NCBI GenBank assembly: GCA_963752475.1
Contig: CAVVYR010000004.1
Location: 128,001-192,000, forward strand
Direction: 5' to 3'
Length of the DNA: 64,000 bases
DNA from: an uncultured Chloroflexia bacterium
GTDB lineage: Bacteria > Chloroflexota > Limnocylindria > Limnocylindrales > CSP1-4
Position 1 is the first letter of the stretch, and every line of letters starts with the position of its first letter. Shown here in pieces: positions 55,080-64,000 of this stretch. A model generated the notes under the pieces. The model searched no databases. It worked only from the letters and a program-made list of their open reading frames with translations, and was not told the DNA's origin. Position numbers and translations under genes: made by a program.

Positions 55080-56339
55080 CTATGGCGTGGCCTTGACGTG
55101 GAAGGCCGCGAACCCCTGCGTGGCCGGCCGCTGACGGCCGTCCGAGGGCTTGTTGGCGACCACGAACTTCGTGGTGCGCTTGTCGAAGCGGGCCATCACC
55201 GAGGAGCCGCCACCGTCGAGGTTGAAGGCCTGTTCGGCCCCGAGTGCCACCATCAGGTGACCCATCTCGCCGAGCGTCACGCCACGGCTGCCCCTGCGCC
55301 GACCGTCGACGACCACCATCAGGACCTCACCGTCCGCGGTGATGCCGAGGCCGGTGCGCGGGTGGCGCTGCCAACCGGGAGGGTACGCCTCTCGGCCAGG
55401 CACCTTGGTGACGCCGTCCTTGACCGTGCGGCGGTTACCGCCCTGGGCCTCGACGATCCCCTCCCAGCCATCAGCGGCCTTGACCTTGCCACCACAGGAC
55501 TTGTCGACCCGCCTGACCACCTGCGTCTGGAGCGTCAGGTACTGGCCCTGGGCGAGGTCGTAGACCCAGGTGTCCTCGGGGTCGTTCACCGATAGCACAG
55601 CCATGCCCTTGGGGATGCGCGTGTTGCCCGCACCCGGGAGCACCCGCATCACCCGGACCGTCTGCGTGCCGTTGGCGAGGACGCGTCCTTCGAGCTTGAG
55701 GATGACCTCGACGCCACCCCGCTTCGTCCGAGTCGACCTGGCGAATCGTTCCGTGTAGAGCACGACCGCACCGTCATCGCGATGGGTGTTCAGGCGCTCG
55801 ATCCGTCGCGGTTCGGTCTCGCCGGGCAGCGTCAGGGTGATGTGCTCACGCACGTTGGCGATCCGCGCGGTGCCGTCGCCGTCGACGCCGAGGATCGGCT
55901 TCACGCATTGGAAGGCCGCCAGCAGCTCGCGGTTCGAAACGGCCATCGAGCGAGGCGCGGCATAGGCGTCCTCGCGACCACGGACCGCCATGTCGCCGTT
56001 GACCGCCACCATCGGGCGGAAGCCGGGACGACGTCGCTCGTCGACCATGCGGCGAACGACCAGCTTGCCCACCACCTTGTCGTCCGAGAGCACGGTCTTG
56101 AGCTTGACATCGGGGCGCGAAGGCTGGATGCGGGCGATGTGCACGGCCTGTCGTCGGTCACCCGAGGTCCAGAAGACCCCGCGTTCGTAGCTGACGCCCG
56201 GCCAGAGATCGGTCTTGAACGTGGGCGTGTACGGCGTCGTGATGGCCGCCTCGACGGGCGGGGAGGCCGATGGCACGAGCAAGAAGACGGCCAGGACCGT
56301 CGCGGCCATCGATCGTACGGGGCTGATGGAGAAGACCAT
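55080..56339 (-). CDS. Secreted phosphodiester glycosidase (NAGPA family) protein
   Basis: Signal peptide; AVNGD, RHPRTGLG, VVDGR, AFNLDGGGSS. Confidence 0.88.
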   Translation of the reverse strand: MVFSISPVRSMAATVLAVFLLVPSASPPVEAAITTPYTPTFKTDLWPGVSYERGVFWTSGDRRQAVHIARIQPSRPDVKLKTVLSDDKVVGKLVVRRMVDERRRPGFRPMVAVNGDMAVRGREDAYAAPRSMAVSNRELLAAFQCVKPILGVDGDGTARIANVREHITLTLPGETEPRRIERLNTHRDDGAVVLYTERFARSTRTKRGGVEVILKLEGRVLANGTQTVRVMRVLPGAGNTRIPKGMAVLSVNDPEDTWVYDLAQGQYLTLQTQVVRRVDKSCGGKVKAADGWEGIVEAQGGNRRTVKDGVTKVPGREAYPPGWQRHPRTGLGITADGEVLMVVVDGRRRGSRGVTLGEMGHLMVALGAEQAFNLDGGGSSVMARFDKRTTKFVVANKPSDGRQRPATQGFAAFHVKATP

Positions 56340-56380
56340 GGCCGGGAGTCTACGCAGCCATCACGAGCCTGTCGACGGCG

Positions 56381-57395
56381 CTAGTAGTCACTCGTGGCGA
56401 CGCGCCGACCGCTCTCGAAGGACTCGATGACCGCGTGCGCCAAAGCCAGGGCGCGGCGGCCGGCACGCGCATGCACCGGCGGCTCTTCCCCTGCCCGGAG
56501 GGTATCGAGGAAGGCGTCTGCGTGGCGATCGAAGATGCGGTGGAACATGCGCTCGCTGTCATTGAAGTAGCCGGCCTGCCAGACCTGCGCGATCTCGTCG
56601 CCGGCGCGGTTGAAGGTGTAGCGGCGGACGGTGTCCTCGATGAGTACGCGACCGTCGCGGCCGTTCACCTCCAGCAGGTGGGTGCCGGGATAGGCGTACG
56701 AGGAGTCGTACGAGCCGACGAGGCTGCCGACCGCCCCTGATGCGAAGCCGAGTGCGACCGACATCGTGGTGTAGCCACGGCCGGCCGGGTCGGTCATCTG
56801 CGCCATCACGGTCTCGATGGGGCCACAAAGGTGCTCGAGCATGTCCAGCCCGTGGCACTGCGTCTCGATGAGGCTGGCGTGCGCGTGCTCGCTGTCGCCG
56901 ATCTCGCCCCCGAAGCGCCAGGTGGCGAAGTTGATCGGCCCCAGCTCCCCGGCGTCGATGGCGGCCTTGGCCAACTGCACCGGCTTGGCGTACCGATGGT
57001 TGAAGTTGATGCCGAACCAGAGGTCACGCTCAGCGGCCTCGGCGAGCAGCGTGTCCGCCTGTGCCAGGTCGAAGACGAGCGGTTTCTCGACCAGCAAGGG
57101 CACGCCCGGCACGGATGATGTCGAACGTCGTCTCGAAGTGGGCCTCGTTGGGCAGACACACGGACATCAGGTCCGGCTGGCGCTCGTCGAGCAAGGGTGC
57201 CAGCTCGGTGTAGCCGGCGACCCCGAACTCCGCCGCTCGTGCCCGGGTCTTGTCGGTCGTTCGGCCGAGGATCGCCACGAGCTCCGTGTCGGGGCGCGAG
57301 GCATACAGGCGGGCGTGCTCGCGACCCCACCACTCCCCGGTGCCCACGACCGCGACCTTCAGCACACGCTCCTGCTTCATCCCGACCTCGTTCAT
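56381..57395 (-). CDS. Gfo/Idh/MocA oxidoreductase; 1-nt insertion near 57107
   Basis: KVAVVGTG.WWG..H, VCLPN..H, LLVEKP, NFNHRY, H..D. Confidence 0.85.
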
Positions 57396-57598
57396 CACCA
57401 GAACATCTCGTAGAAGACGAGCGCCACGAACCCAAGCACCACTCCGAAGGCGAAGGCGCCCTCGACGATCGCGGTGTTGGACCAATCACGCTTGCCGAAC
57501 GCGCGAACGACAAAGCCGGCGGCGCCGGCCACGACGGCGACGACGAGCACGAAGGCCGCCCACGTGATGACCAGCTCGATGATGTGACCCAACGGCAA
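57395..57598 (-). CDS. Small 2-TM protein
   Basis: TTG start after GGGAG; two hydrophobic helices; TGATG overlap with the next gene. Confidence 0.6.
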   Translation of the reverse strand: MPLGHIIELVITWAAFVLVVAVVAGAAGFVVRAFGKRDWSNTAIVEGAFAFGVVLGFVALVFYEMFW

Positions 57599-57740
57599 CT
57601 CCCTATCGCGATCGCCGACGGATCGACCCTAGCACCGGATCATTCTGTCACCACGGCAAGGAACCGGAGGGGCGGCAGCAGCGTCTCAGGGGTGACGCGT
57701 GCCCGTACGTTCCGGCACGCCCTGAGCGAAGGAGCCCCAG

Positions 57741-58892
57741 ATGCGTGCCTTGCGAACCCCGGTAGCAGCGATCATCAGTACCAGCGTCCTCGTCGGCGCC
57801 ACGGCCGGCGCCACGAGCGCGGCCATCGACGACGCCATCAGCTACACCAGCGCGCCCGACCGCGTGGCGGTCTTCCTCAACAACGTGGCCTACGCCCGTG
57901 ACGAGGTAGCGCTGCCCGGCGGCGTCGACGTCAAGATCGTGCTCCCGCAGACGGTATACCCCGACACACTCGTGCTCCGCGAGAACGGCGAGCGCGTCGC
58001 CAACTACCGGCTCAACTGGAACACCGGGCAGCCGACGATCAAGTGGCAGTCGGCGACCGAGACCGATCTGCGCGACATCTCCATGGAGTACCTGCTCGGT
58101 GGCGTCAGCTGGCGCCCGACGTACGACATGTGGGTCGGTGCCGACGCCGACGAAACCGTCGGCTTCGACTACTTCGCCGAGATCACCGACAGCTCGCTCG
58201 AGCTCGAGGACGTGGAGACGCAGCTGGTGGCCGGCATGGTCGACCTCAACCGGCCCATCGCACCCGCTGCCGAGCTCTCGGTCAACCAGAAGATCGCCGG
58301 TTTCGAAGCGGCGGATGCGCTGGTCGTGTCAGCGCCCGTCGGCCAAGTCGATATCCAGCACACCTACGACATCGGACAATTGACCGCGGACCCAGGTGAC
58401 ACCATCTACTCCCAGCTCGTGGGCCAGGAGCTGCCGGCTCGCCGCCTGCACATCTGGAACGCGCAGACGGACCAGCAGGTCACGGTCATCTACAAGGTCA
58501 AGAACGAGAGTGACCAGCCCTTCAGCGAGGGCGTCGTGCGCAACTACCAGGACGGTCTCTTCATCGGCAGCGACTTCATCGAGCTCACGCCGGTCGGAGG
58601 TGAGGGCAGCGTGACCATCGGCCACCTGCAGGACGTGCGCGTGAAGCGCGAGCAGACGCAGGCTGCCGTGGACATGGGGCGTTTCGACTACCAGTACGAG
58701 ACCACGCTGACGATCGAGAACTTCACCGACACGACGGTGCACATGGACGTCGTCGACTACCTCCCACCGAACGCGGAGGAGCTGAAGGCGTCGATCGAGC
58801 CGCAGCTGGAGCCGGGCAACCTCATGCGCTGGCCCATCAGCGTCGAGCCCGGCGACGAGATGGTCATCACCTACGAGTACCTCGTGGACTGA
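57741..58892 (+). CDS. Secreted DUF4139/DUF4140-like protein
   Basis: AAGGAG RBS, signal peptide; VAVF.NN.A, YL.GGVSWRPTYD, Y.DG.FIG, V.V.DYLP, L.W.I.V.PG...I.Y.Y. Confidence 0.8.
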   Translation: MRALRTPVAAIISTSVLVGATAGATSAAIDDAISYTSAPDRVAVFLNNVAYARDEVALPGGVDVKIVLPQTVYPDTLVLRENGERVANYRLNWNTGQPTIKWQSATETDLRDISMEYLLGGVSWRPTYDMWVGADADETVGFDYFAEITDSSLELEDVETQLVAGMVDLNRPIAPAAELSVNQKIAGFEAADALVVSAPVGQVDIQHTYDIGQLTADPGDTIYSQLVGQELPARRLHIWNAQTDQQVTVIYKVKNESDQPFSEGVVRNYQDGLFIGSDFIELTPVGGEGSVTIGHLQDVRVKREQTQAAVDMGRFDYQYETTLTIENFTDTTVHMDVVDYLPPNAEELKASIEPQLEPGNLMRWPISVEPGDEMVITYEYLVD

Positions 58893-60421
58893 CCGGCCTA
58901 CAAGGCCTCTACGTAGACACCGCGGCCGGCTTCGTCAGCGTCGACAAGCCGGCCGATGTCGCCTGGGTCACTAGTCAGGATGGTCGTCAGAGCCTTCGCT
59001 GCTTCAGCCACGACGATGGCGTCGGCTCGACATGCGTCCGCCGGAGCAGCGCGGCGAGCGCCTCCAGCGTTGGGAGGATAGGCTGGCTCGATTCGAGCGT
59101 CCGCTGGAGGAAGTCCGAGATCAGGGGGTCGATGACATCGGGTCGCTGTAACCCCATCAGGTGCCCCACATCCGGCAGGACCTCGACTTCGGCCGAAGGG
59201 ATCCGTGCGCAGCTCCACGAGCGCGCCGACCGCGTGGCGGTCTGCCTCGACGACGTGGACTACGACCGTGACGAGGTAGCGCTGTCCGGCGGCGTCGACG
59301 TCAAGATCGTGCGGCACGCAGGCGGTCTACCCGATCACGCTCGTGCTTCGCGAGAACGGCGAGCGAGTCGCAACTACCGGCTCAACTGGAGCACCAGCTG
59401 CCCACCATCAGAGTGGCAGTCGGTGACCGAGACCGATCTGCGCGTCATCGCCATGGAGTACCGGATCGGTGGCGTCAGCTGGCGCCCGACGTACGACATG
59501 TGGGTCGGTGCCGACGCCGACTAGACCGTCGGCTTCGACTACTTCGCCGAGCTGATCGACAGCTCGCTCGAGCTCGAGGACGTGGAGACGCAGCTGGTGG
59601 CCGGCATGGACGACCTCAACCGGCCCATCGCACCCGCTGCCGAGCTACTCGGTCAACCAGAAGATCGACGGTTTCGAAGCGGCCGATGCGCTGGTCGTGT
59701 CAGCGCGCGTCGGCCAAGTCGATATCCAGCACACCTACGACATCGGACAATTGACCGCGGACCCAGGTGACACCATCTACGCCCAGCTCATGGGCCAGGA
59801 GCTGCCGGCTCGCCGCCTGCACATCTGGAACGCGCAGACGGACCAGCAGGTCACGGTCATCTACAAGGTCAAGAACGAGAGTGACCAGCTCTTCAGCGAG
59901 GGCGTCATGCGCAACTACCAGGACGGTCTCTTCATCGGCAGCGACTTCATCGAGCTCACGCCGGTCGGAGGTGAGGGCAGCGTGACCATCGGCCACCTGC
60001 AGGACGTGCGCGTGAAGCGCGAGCAGACGCAGGCTGCCGTGGACATGGGGCGTTTCGACTACCAGTACGAGACCACGCTGACGATCGAGAACTTCACCGA
60101 CACGACGGTGCACATGGACGTCGTCGACTACCTCCCACCGAACGCGGAGGAGCTGAAGGCGTCGATCGAGCCGCAGCTGGAGCCGGGCAACCTCATGCGC
60201 TGGCCCATCAGCGTCGAGCCCGGCGACGAGATGGTCATCACCTACGAGTACCTCGTGGACTGACCGGCCTAGCAAGGCCTCTACGTAGACACCGCGGCCG
60301 GCTTCGTCAGCGTCGACAAGCCGGCCGATGTCGCCTGGGTCACTAGTCAGGATGGTCGTCAGTGCCTTCGCTGCTGCAGCCACGATCAGGATGGGCGTCG
60401 GCTCGACTCATGCGTCCGCCG
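57839..60421. repeat. Direct duplication of about 1.2 kb (57839-59043 and 59210-60421; period about 1371 bp)
   Basis: The gene body and downstream segment occur twice; the 3' half is nearly identical and the 5' part of copy 2 is heavily altered. Confidence 0.95.
59210..60263 (+). pseudogene. 5'-truncated, degraded copy of the DUF4139 gene
   Basis: No signal peptide; indels; GAA>TAG at 59522; intact only from about 59697. Confidence 0.85.
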
Positions 60422-61229
60422 CTGCTGCGACGGCTGCGCGGATCTCGTCACGCAGCGCCCTGGCCTCGGCGGCGGGGTCGTCCGCGAAGATGACCCCTCG
60501 CGACGAGTTGATGAGCAGCCCGCGCCCGTCAGCGGCAAGCCCGTTGGACACGACCGTTGCGGCATCGCCACCTTGCGCCCCGACGCCTGGCACCAGGAAC
60601 GTCAGGTCGGGACAGAGCTCGCGCACGCGGGCCAGCTCCGCGGGGTAGGTCGCACCCACCACCAGCAGACAGTTCCCGTTCGCGTTCCACTCGTCGCGGA
60701 CCCGGGTGGCCACCCGCTCCCAGAGCGGGGCGCCGCCGACATCGAGATCCTGCAGCTCGCCAGCACCGGGGTTGCTCGTGCGGCAGAGCACGATGCAGGC
60801 CTTGTCCTGCCGCTCGAGGAACGGCGTCAGGGCCTCCGCGCCAAGGTAGGGGTGCAGCGTCACCGCATCGAACCCCAGCTCGTCGAAGAGGGCTCCGACA
60901 TAGCCGGCGTTGGTGGAGCCGATGTCAGCGCGCTTGGCGTCGGCGATGGTGAAGACGTCCGGTGCGATCGAGAGCAGCAGCTCCATCGTCTGGGCCAGCT
61001 CGTCCCAGCCCTTGGCGCCGCGGGCCTCGTAGAAGGCGAGGTTGGGCTTGTAGGCCGCGGCGTACGGCAGCGTCTGCTCGATGACCCAGCGATTGAACTC
61101 GAACTGTGGGTGGTTCTCCTTGCCGAAGCGCCCGGGAATGCGCTCGATGGCGCTGTCGAGCCCGACGCACACGAGCGAATCGATCGCGTCCATGCGCGCT
61201 TGGAGCCTAGCCAGCGCCAACGCCGTCAT
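60408..61229 (-). CDS. pyrF: Orotidine 5'-phosphate decarboxylase
   Basis: CVGLD, YKPN.AFYE, DAKRADIGST, RTSNPG, VVGAT, PGVGAQGG, NSSR. Confidence 0.96.
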   Translation of the reverse strand: MTALALARLQARMDAIDSLVCVGLDSAIERIPGRFGKENHPQFEFNRWVIEQTLPYAAAYKPNLAFYEARGAKGWDELAQTMELLLSIAPDVFTIADAKRADIGSTNAGYVGALFDELGFDAVTLHPYLGAEALTPFLERQDKACIVLCRTSNPGAGELQDLDVGGAPLWERVATRVRDEWNANGNCLLVVGATYPAELARVRELCPDLTFLVPGVGAQGGDAATVVSNGLAADGRGLLINSSRGVIFADDPAAEARALRDEIRAAVAAAADA

Positions 61230-61858
61230 CGACCGCCCCAAGCATGGGGGTCGGCCAGCCACGAGCGGACCGACTGGGCCTGGCGCTCGTCGATGGTGCC
61301 GGCGGCGAGGGCCTCGGCGACGACGACCTCGAAGGTAGTCAGCGTGGTCAGCCTCACGCCGGCTGCGTCGAAGGCCTCTGTGGCCTCGCTGAAGCCGTAG
61401 GTGATGATGGCGAAGCAGTCGGCGATCTCCGCTCCGGCGTCGCGCAGTGCCGCCACGGCCGAGAGGCTGGAGCCGCCGGTCGTGACCATGTCCTCGACGA
61501 GGATGGTGCGCCGGCCGCCGACATCGCCACCCTCGATGCGTCGACCCAGGCCGTGGCCCTTGGCTTCCTTGCGCACGAAGACCGAAGGCATGCCGGCCGA
61601 GAAGGCCAGCGCGCTACTGTGCGGGATGCCAGCAGATTCCACGCCGGCGATGACAGGCCGACCCCTGGGCAGCGCGGCGGCGAAGCCGTCGATGATCACG
61701 CGCCACGGACCGGGCTCGAAGATGAGCTTGCGGTTGTCGACGTAGACGGGTGAGCGCAGGCCGGACTTGAAGGTCACCGGCTCATCTGGGGAGATGCCGA
61801 CCGTGCCGGCATCAAGGAGCGCAAGTGCGACCGCGCTGGAGCGGCTGTCGTCAGGCAT
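61226..61858 (-). CDS. pyrE: Orotate phosphoribosyltransferase
   Basis: FKSGLRSPVYVDNR, VRKEAKGHG, LVEDMVTTGGS. Confidence 0.96.
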   Translation of the reverse strand: MPDDSRSSAVALALLDAGTVGISPDEPVTFKSGLRSPVYVDNRKLIFEPGPWRVIIDGFAAALPRGRPVIAGVESAGIPHSSALAFSAGMPSVFVRKEAKGHGLGRRIEGGDVGGRRTILVEDMVTTGGSSLSAVAALRDAGAEIADCFAIITYGFSEATEAFDAAGVRLTTLTTFEVVVAEALAAGTIDERQAQSVRSWLADPHAWGGR

Positions 61859-62984
61859 CTGGCTCTCCCTCTGGCTCTCCCATTTCGGCCTCTCGCAAGA
61901 TCGATGCCGCCGCGAGCGGTCCTCGCAGCACCATCGCGGTGTAGAGCATCGCCGCCCGCGCGCCGGCAGCCCGGAACGCGAGCAGGTCCTCTCCGTTGAG
62001 GATGCCGCCCCCACCGACGATGTCCAGCCTCAGCCCGGAGACATCGATGGTGCGGTGCAGTCGCGAGACCACGTCGAGCGCACTCGAGCGCAGGCGCGAG
62101 CCACTGACCCCGGCGACCCCGACGCCCTCCGGCGTCGGCTGAGCCAGCGTGTTGGTCGCGACGACGGCGCGTACGCCGGCCTCTCCGAAGGCCCCGACGA
62201 TCCCGGTCAATTGTTCGTCCGAGAGGTCGGGACCGATCTTGACCCAGAGTGGCACATCGACCGCCTCGACGAGGGCCGCGCAGAGCTCTCGCGCCAGCTC
62301 GGCGGACTGGTTGCCTAGCGGGTCGTCCTCGGTATTGGGGCAGGACAGGTTGAGCGTCAGCCACGACGGTCCGGCCTCCAGCCCGGCGAAGGCAGCGGCG
62401 AAGATGCGGGCGGCCTCGACGAGCTCGGTGCGGCTCTGGGCGGCGTCGGTGACACCGGGGCTGACGGCGAGGTTCAGACCCCACGTCGGCGGCAGGTCGC
62501 CCGCATGCCGCGCGAGGTAGGCTGCGGCCGCACGCGCGCCAGGGTTGCGCAGGCCGACCCGGTTCTGCATCCAGCCGGCCGCACTGTCGCGCCAGAGCAC
62601 GCGTCCGCGGTTGCCGAGGCGTGGGTGTCGCGTGTAGGAGCCGAACTCGACGGGGCCGGCCAACGCCGCTGCCGAGCGCCAGCCCGGGATGATGTCCCGC
62701 CCGTCGCGGACCGCGTCCATCGCCTCCTCCTCGGTCGCGAAGCCGTCACCCTTGACCAGGCCGGCAGCCAGGATCGTGGGGTACGGCAGGTAGACCCCGC
62801 CGACGAAGACCGACCGCTTGGGCAGGACCGCCTCGCTCAGGGCCTGAGCCACCGTCAGGAGCGGGCCGGCGCCATCGAGGGTGCGCATCAACGACACCGT
62901 GCGGGCGTGTGCGGTCGTGGCGTCGGTGCGGGCGATCATCGCCGCCGCCGGTCGCCAGGCCAGCTCGTACAGCCGCAGCATCAC
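61851..62984 (-). CDS. pyrD: Dihydroorotate dehydrogenase, class 2-like
   Basis: D..TAH N-terminal helix, LAAGLVK, VEFGS.T, NRVGL.NPG, NLSCPNT, VKIGPDL, ATNT, GVSG; lies within the pyr operon. Confidence 0.9.
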   Translation of the reverse strand: MMLRLYELAWRPAAAMIARTDATTAHARTVSLMRTLDGAGPLLTVAQALSEAVLPKRSVFVGGVYLPYPTILAAGLVKGDGFATEEEAMDAVRDGRDIIPGWRSAAALAGPVEFGSYTRHPRLGNRGRVLWRDSAAGWMQNRVGLRNPGARAAAAYLARHAGDLPPTWGLNLAVSPGVTDAAQSRTELVEAARIFAAAFAGLEAGPSWLTLNLSCPNTEDDPLGNQSAELARELCAALVEAVDVPLWVKIGPDLSDEQLTGIVGAFGEAGVRAVVATNTLAQPTPEGVGVAGVSGSRLRSSALDVVSRLHRTIDVSGLRLDIVGGGGILNGEDLLAFRAAGARAAMLYTAMVLRGPLAAASILREAEMGEPEGEPDA

Positions 62985-64000
62985 GGAACCAGCCGCCTCC
63001 CCTCGCCCGGCTGCGCCAGCACCTTCTCGCCGTCGAAGGCGACGCGGCCCCGGATACGGACCTCGGTGACGCGACCCCAGACGCGCACGCCCGAGTACGG
63101 CGACCAGCCCGGGCTGCAGTGCAAACCATCGTCGCTGATGACGTAGCTGCTGTCGAGATCGAGCAGCGTGTACGTCTCGGGCGGCGGCACCAGGCCGAAG
63201 ATGCGCTGGGCGTTGATGGCGACCAGCTCCACGAGGCGTTCCGCGGTCAGGCCGCGCTCGCGCATGGCCAGCCCCAGCAGCGGGATGCTCGTCTCGAGGC
63301 CCGGCAGCCCGAAGGGTGGGTTCGCCGACTCCTTCTCCTCGCGAGTGTGTGGCGCGTGGTCGCTCTCGATGGTATCGACGGTGCCATCGAGCACGCCCGC
63401 CCAGAGGGCCTCCTGATCGGCCGGCGTCTTCAGTGGTGGCTTGACCATGGCGAAGCCGCCGAGCCGATCCCGGTCGGACCCATCGAGGTAGAGGTGGTGC
63501 GGCGTGACGCCGATGCTGATGGGCACGCCATCGGCCTTGGCCTCGCGCAGCAGCCTCAACTCGGTGGCCATCGAGACGTGGCAGAAGTGGGCTCGCACAC
63601 CCGTCTCGCGGACCAGTCGCAGGGTCGCCGCGAGGGTCTCGCCCTCAGCGTGCAGGGCCACGGGCTTGTCGGTCGCGCCTGCCCAGGCCAGCAGGTGACG
63701 GCGTCGAGACACATCGTCGTCGAGCAACAGCGTACCGGTGGTGTGGTCGCAGTACATCTTCAGGCCGGCCGCGTCTGGCGCACCGGCCTCGTACTCCGAG
63801 CCATCGGCCGACTGGTCGGCACCCATGTAGAGCCCGAAGTCACAGCGGGCACGGGCAGCGACGAAGTCGTACTTGGACCGCAGGCGCTCCGCGGTCGTGG
63901 TGTTGGGTGGCGTGTTGGGCATGTCGAGCACGGCCCAGTAGCCGCCCGCGAGGGCTGCTGCGGTCTCGCGCTCGACGGTCGCCTTGTGCGCCCAGTCCAG
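62981..64000 (-). CDS. pyrC: Dihydroorotase (5' end beyond the window)
   Basis: TAALAGG..AVLDMPNT.P, LHAE, HFCHVS, VTPHHL, VKPPL, SDHAPH, GLPGLET. Confidence 0.93.
   Translation of the reverse strand: MDWAHKATVERETAAALAGGYWAVLDMPNTPPNTTTAERLRSKYDFVAARARCDFGLYMGADQSADGSEYEAGAPDAAGLKMYCDHTTGTLLLDDDVSRRRHLLAWAGATDKPVALHAEGETLAATLRLVRETGVRAHFCHVSMATELRLLREAKADGVPISIGVTPHHLYLDGSDRDRLGGFAMVKPPLKTPADQEALWAGVLDGTVDTIESDHAPHTREEKESANPPFGLPGLETSIPLLGLAMRERGLTAERLVELVAINAQRIFGLVPPPETYTLLDLDSSYVISDDGLHCSPGWSPYSGVRVWGRVTEVRIRGRVAFDGEKVLAQPGEGRRLVP

Noticed and set aside
57839-60421. Duplicated DUF4139 segment as a diversity-generating retroelement TR/VR pair
   Set aside because: Mismatches are not adenine-specific (T>G, C>A, C>T, indels), the repeat is about 1.2 kb, and no reverse transcriptase is present

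Overview
High-GC bacterial chromosomal window. Protein style suggests Chloroflexota, possibly Limnocylindria, but that is only an inference. It is mostly metabolic: a transketolase/SorC/DUF2291 sugar ABC operon, PFOR (nifJ) with a DHOD-like partner, erpA, a thiolase, GH5-like and GH36 glycosidases, an arylsulfatase, a xylose-type ABC operon with LacI-type operators, and pyrC-D-E-F. Two IS elements (IS481, IS1182-like) are stacked at CCTAG sites. The most notable items are: (1) a selenium-dependent-type Xdh divergent from an operon of two PLP enzymes and two non-canonical carbamoyltransferases, a candidate undescribed purine/ureide catabolic route; (2) a rare tRNA-Ile with a UAU anticodon; (3) a secreted FG-GAP/ASPIC-UnbV (CRTAC1) plus vanadium haloperoxidase fusion; (4) two apparent pseudoenzymes, a class V aminotransferase fold lacking the PLP lysine and coupled to an ATP-dependent DNA ligase, and an orphan HisKA_3-like kinase lacking its His and N-box. 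Several single-base frameshifts and a degraded ~1.2 kb tandem duplication probably reflect long-read consensus errors. All family assignments come from motif recognition by eye, not database searches.
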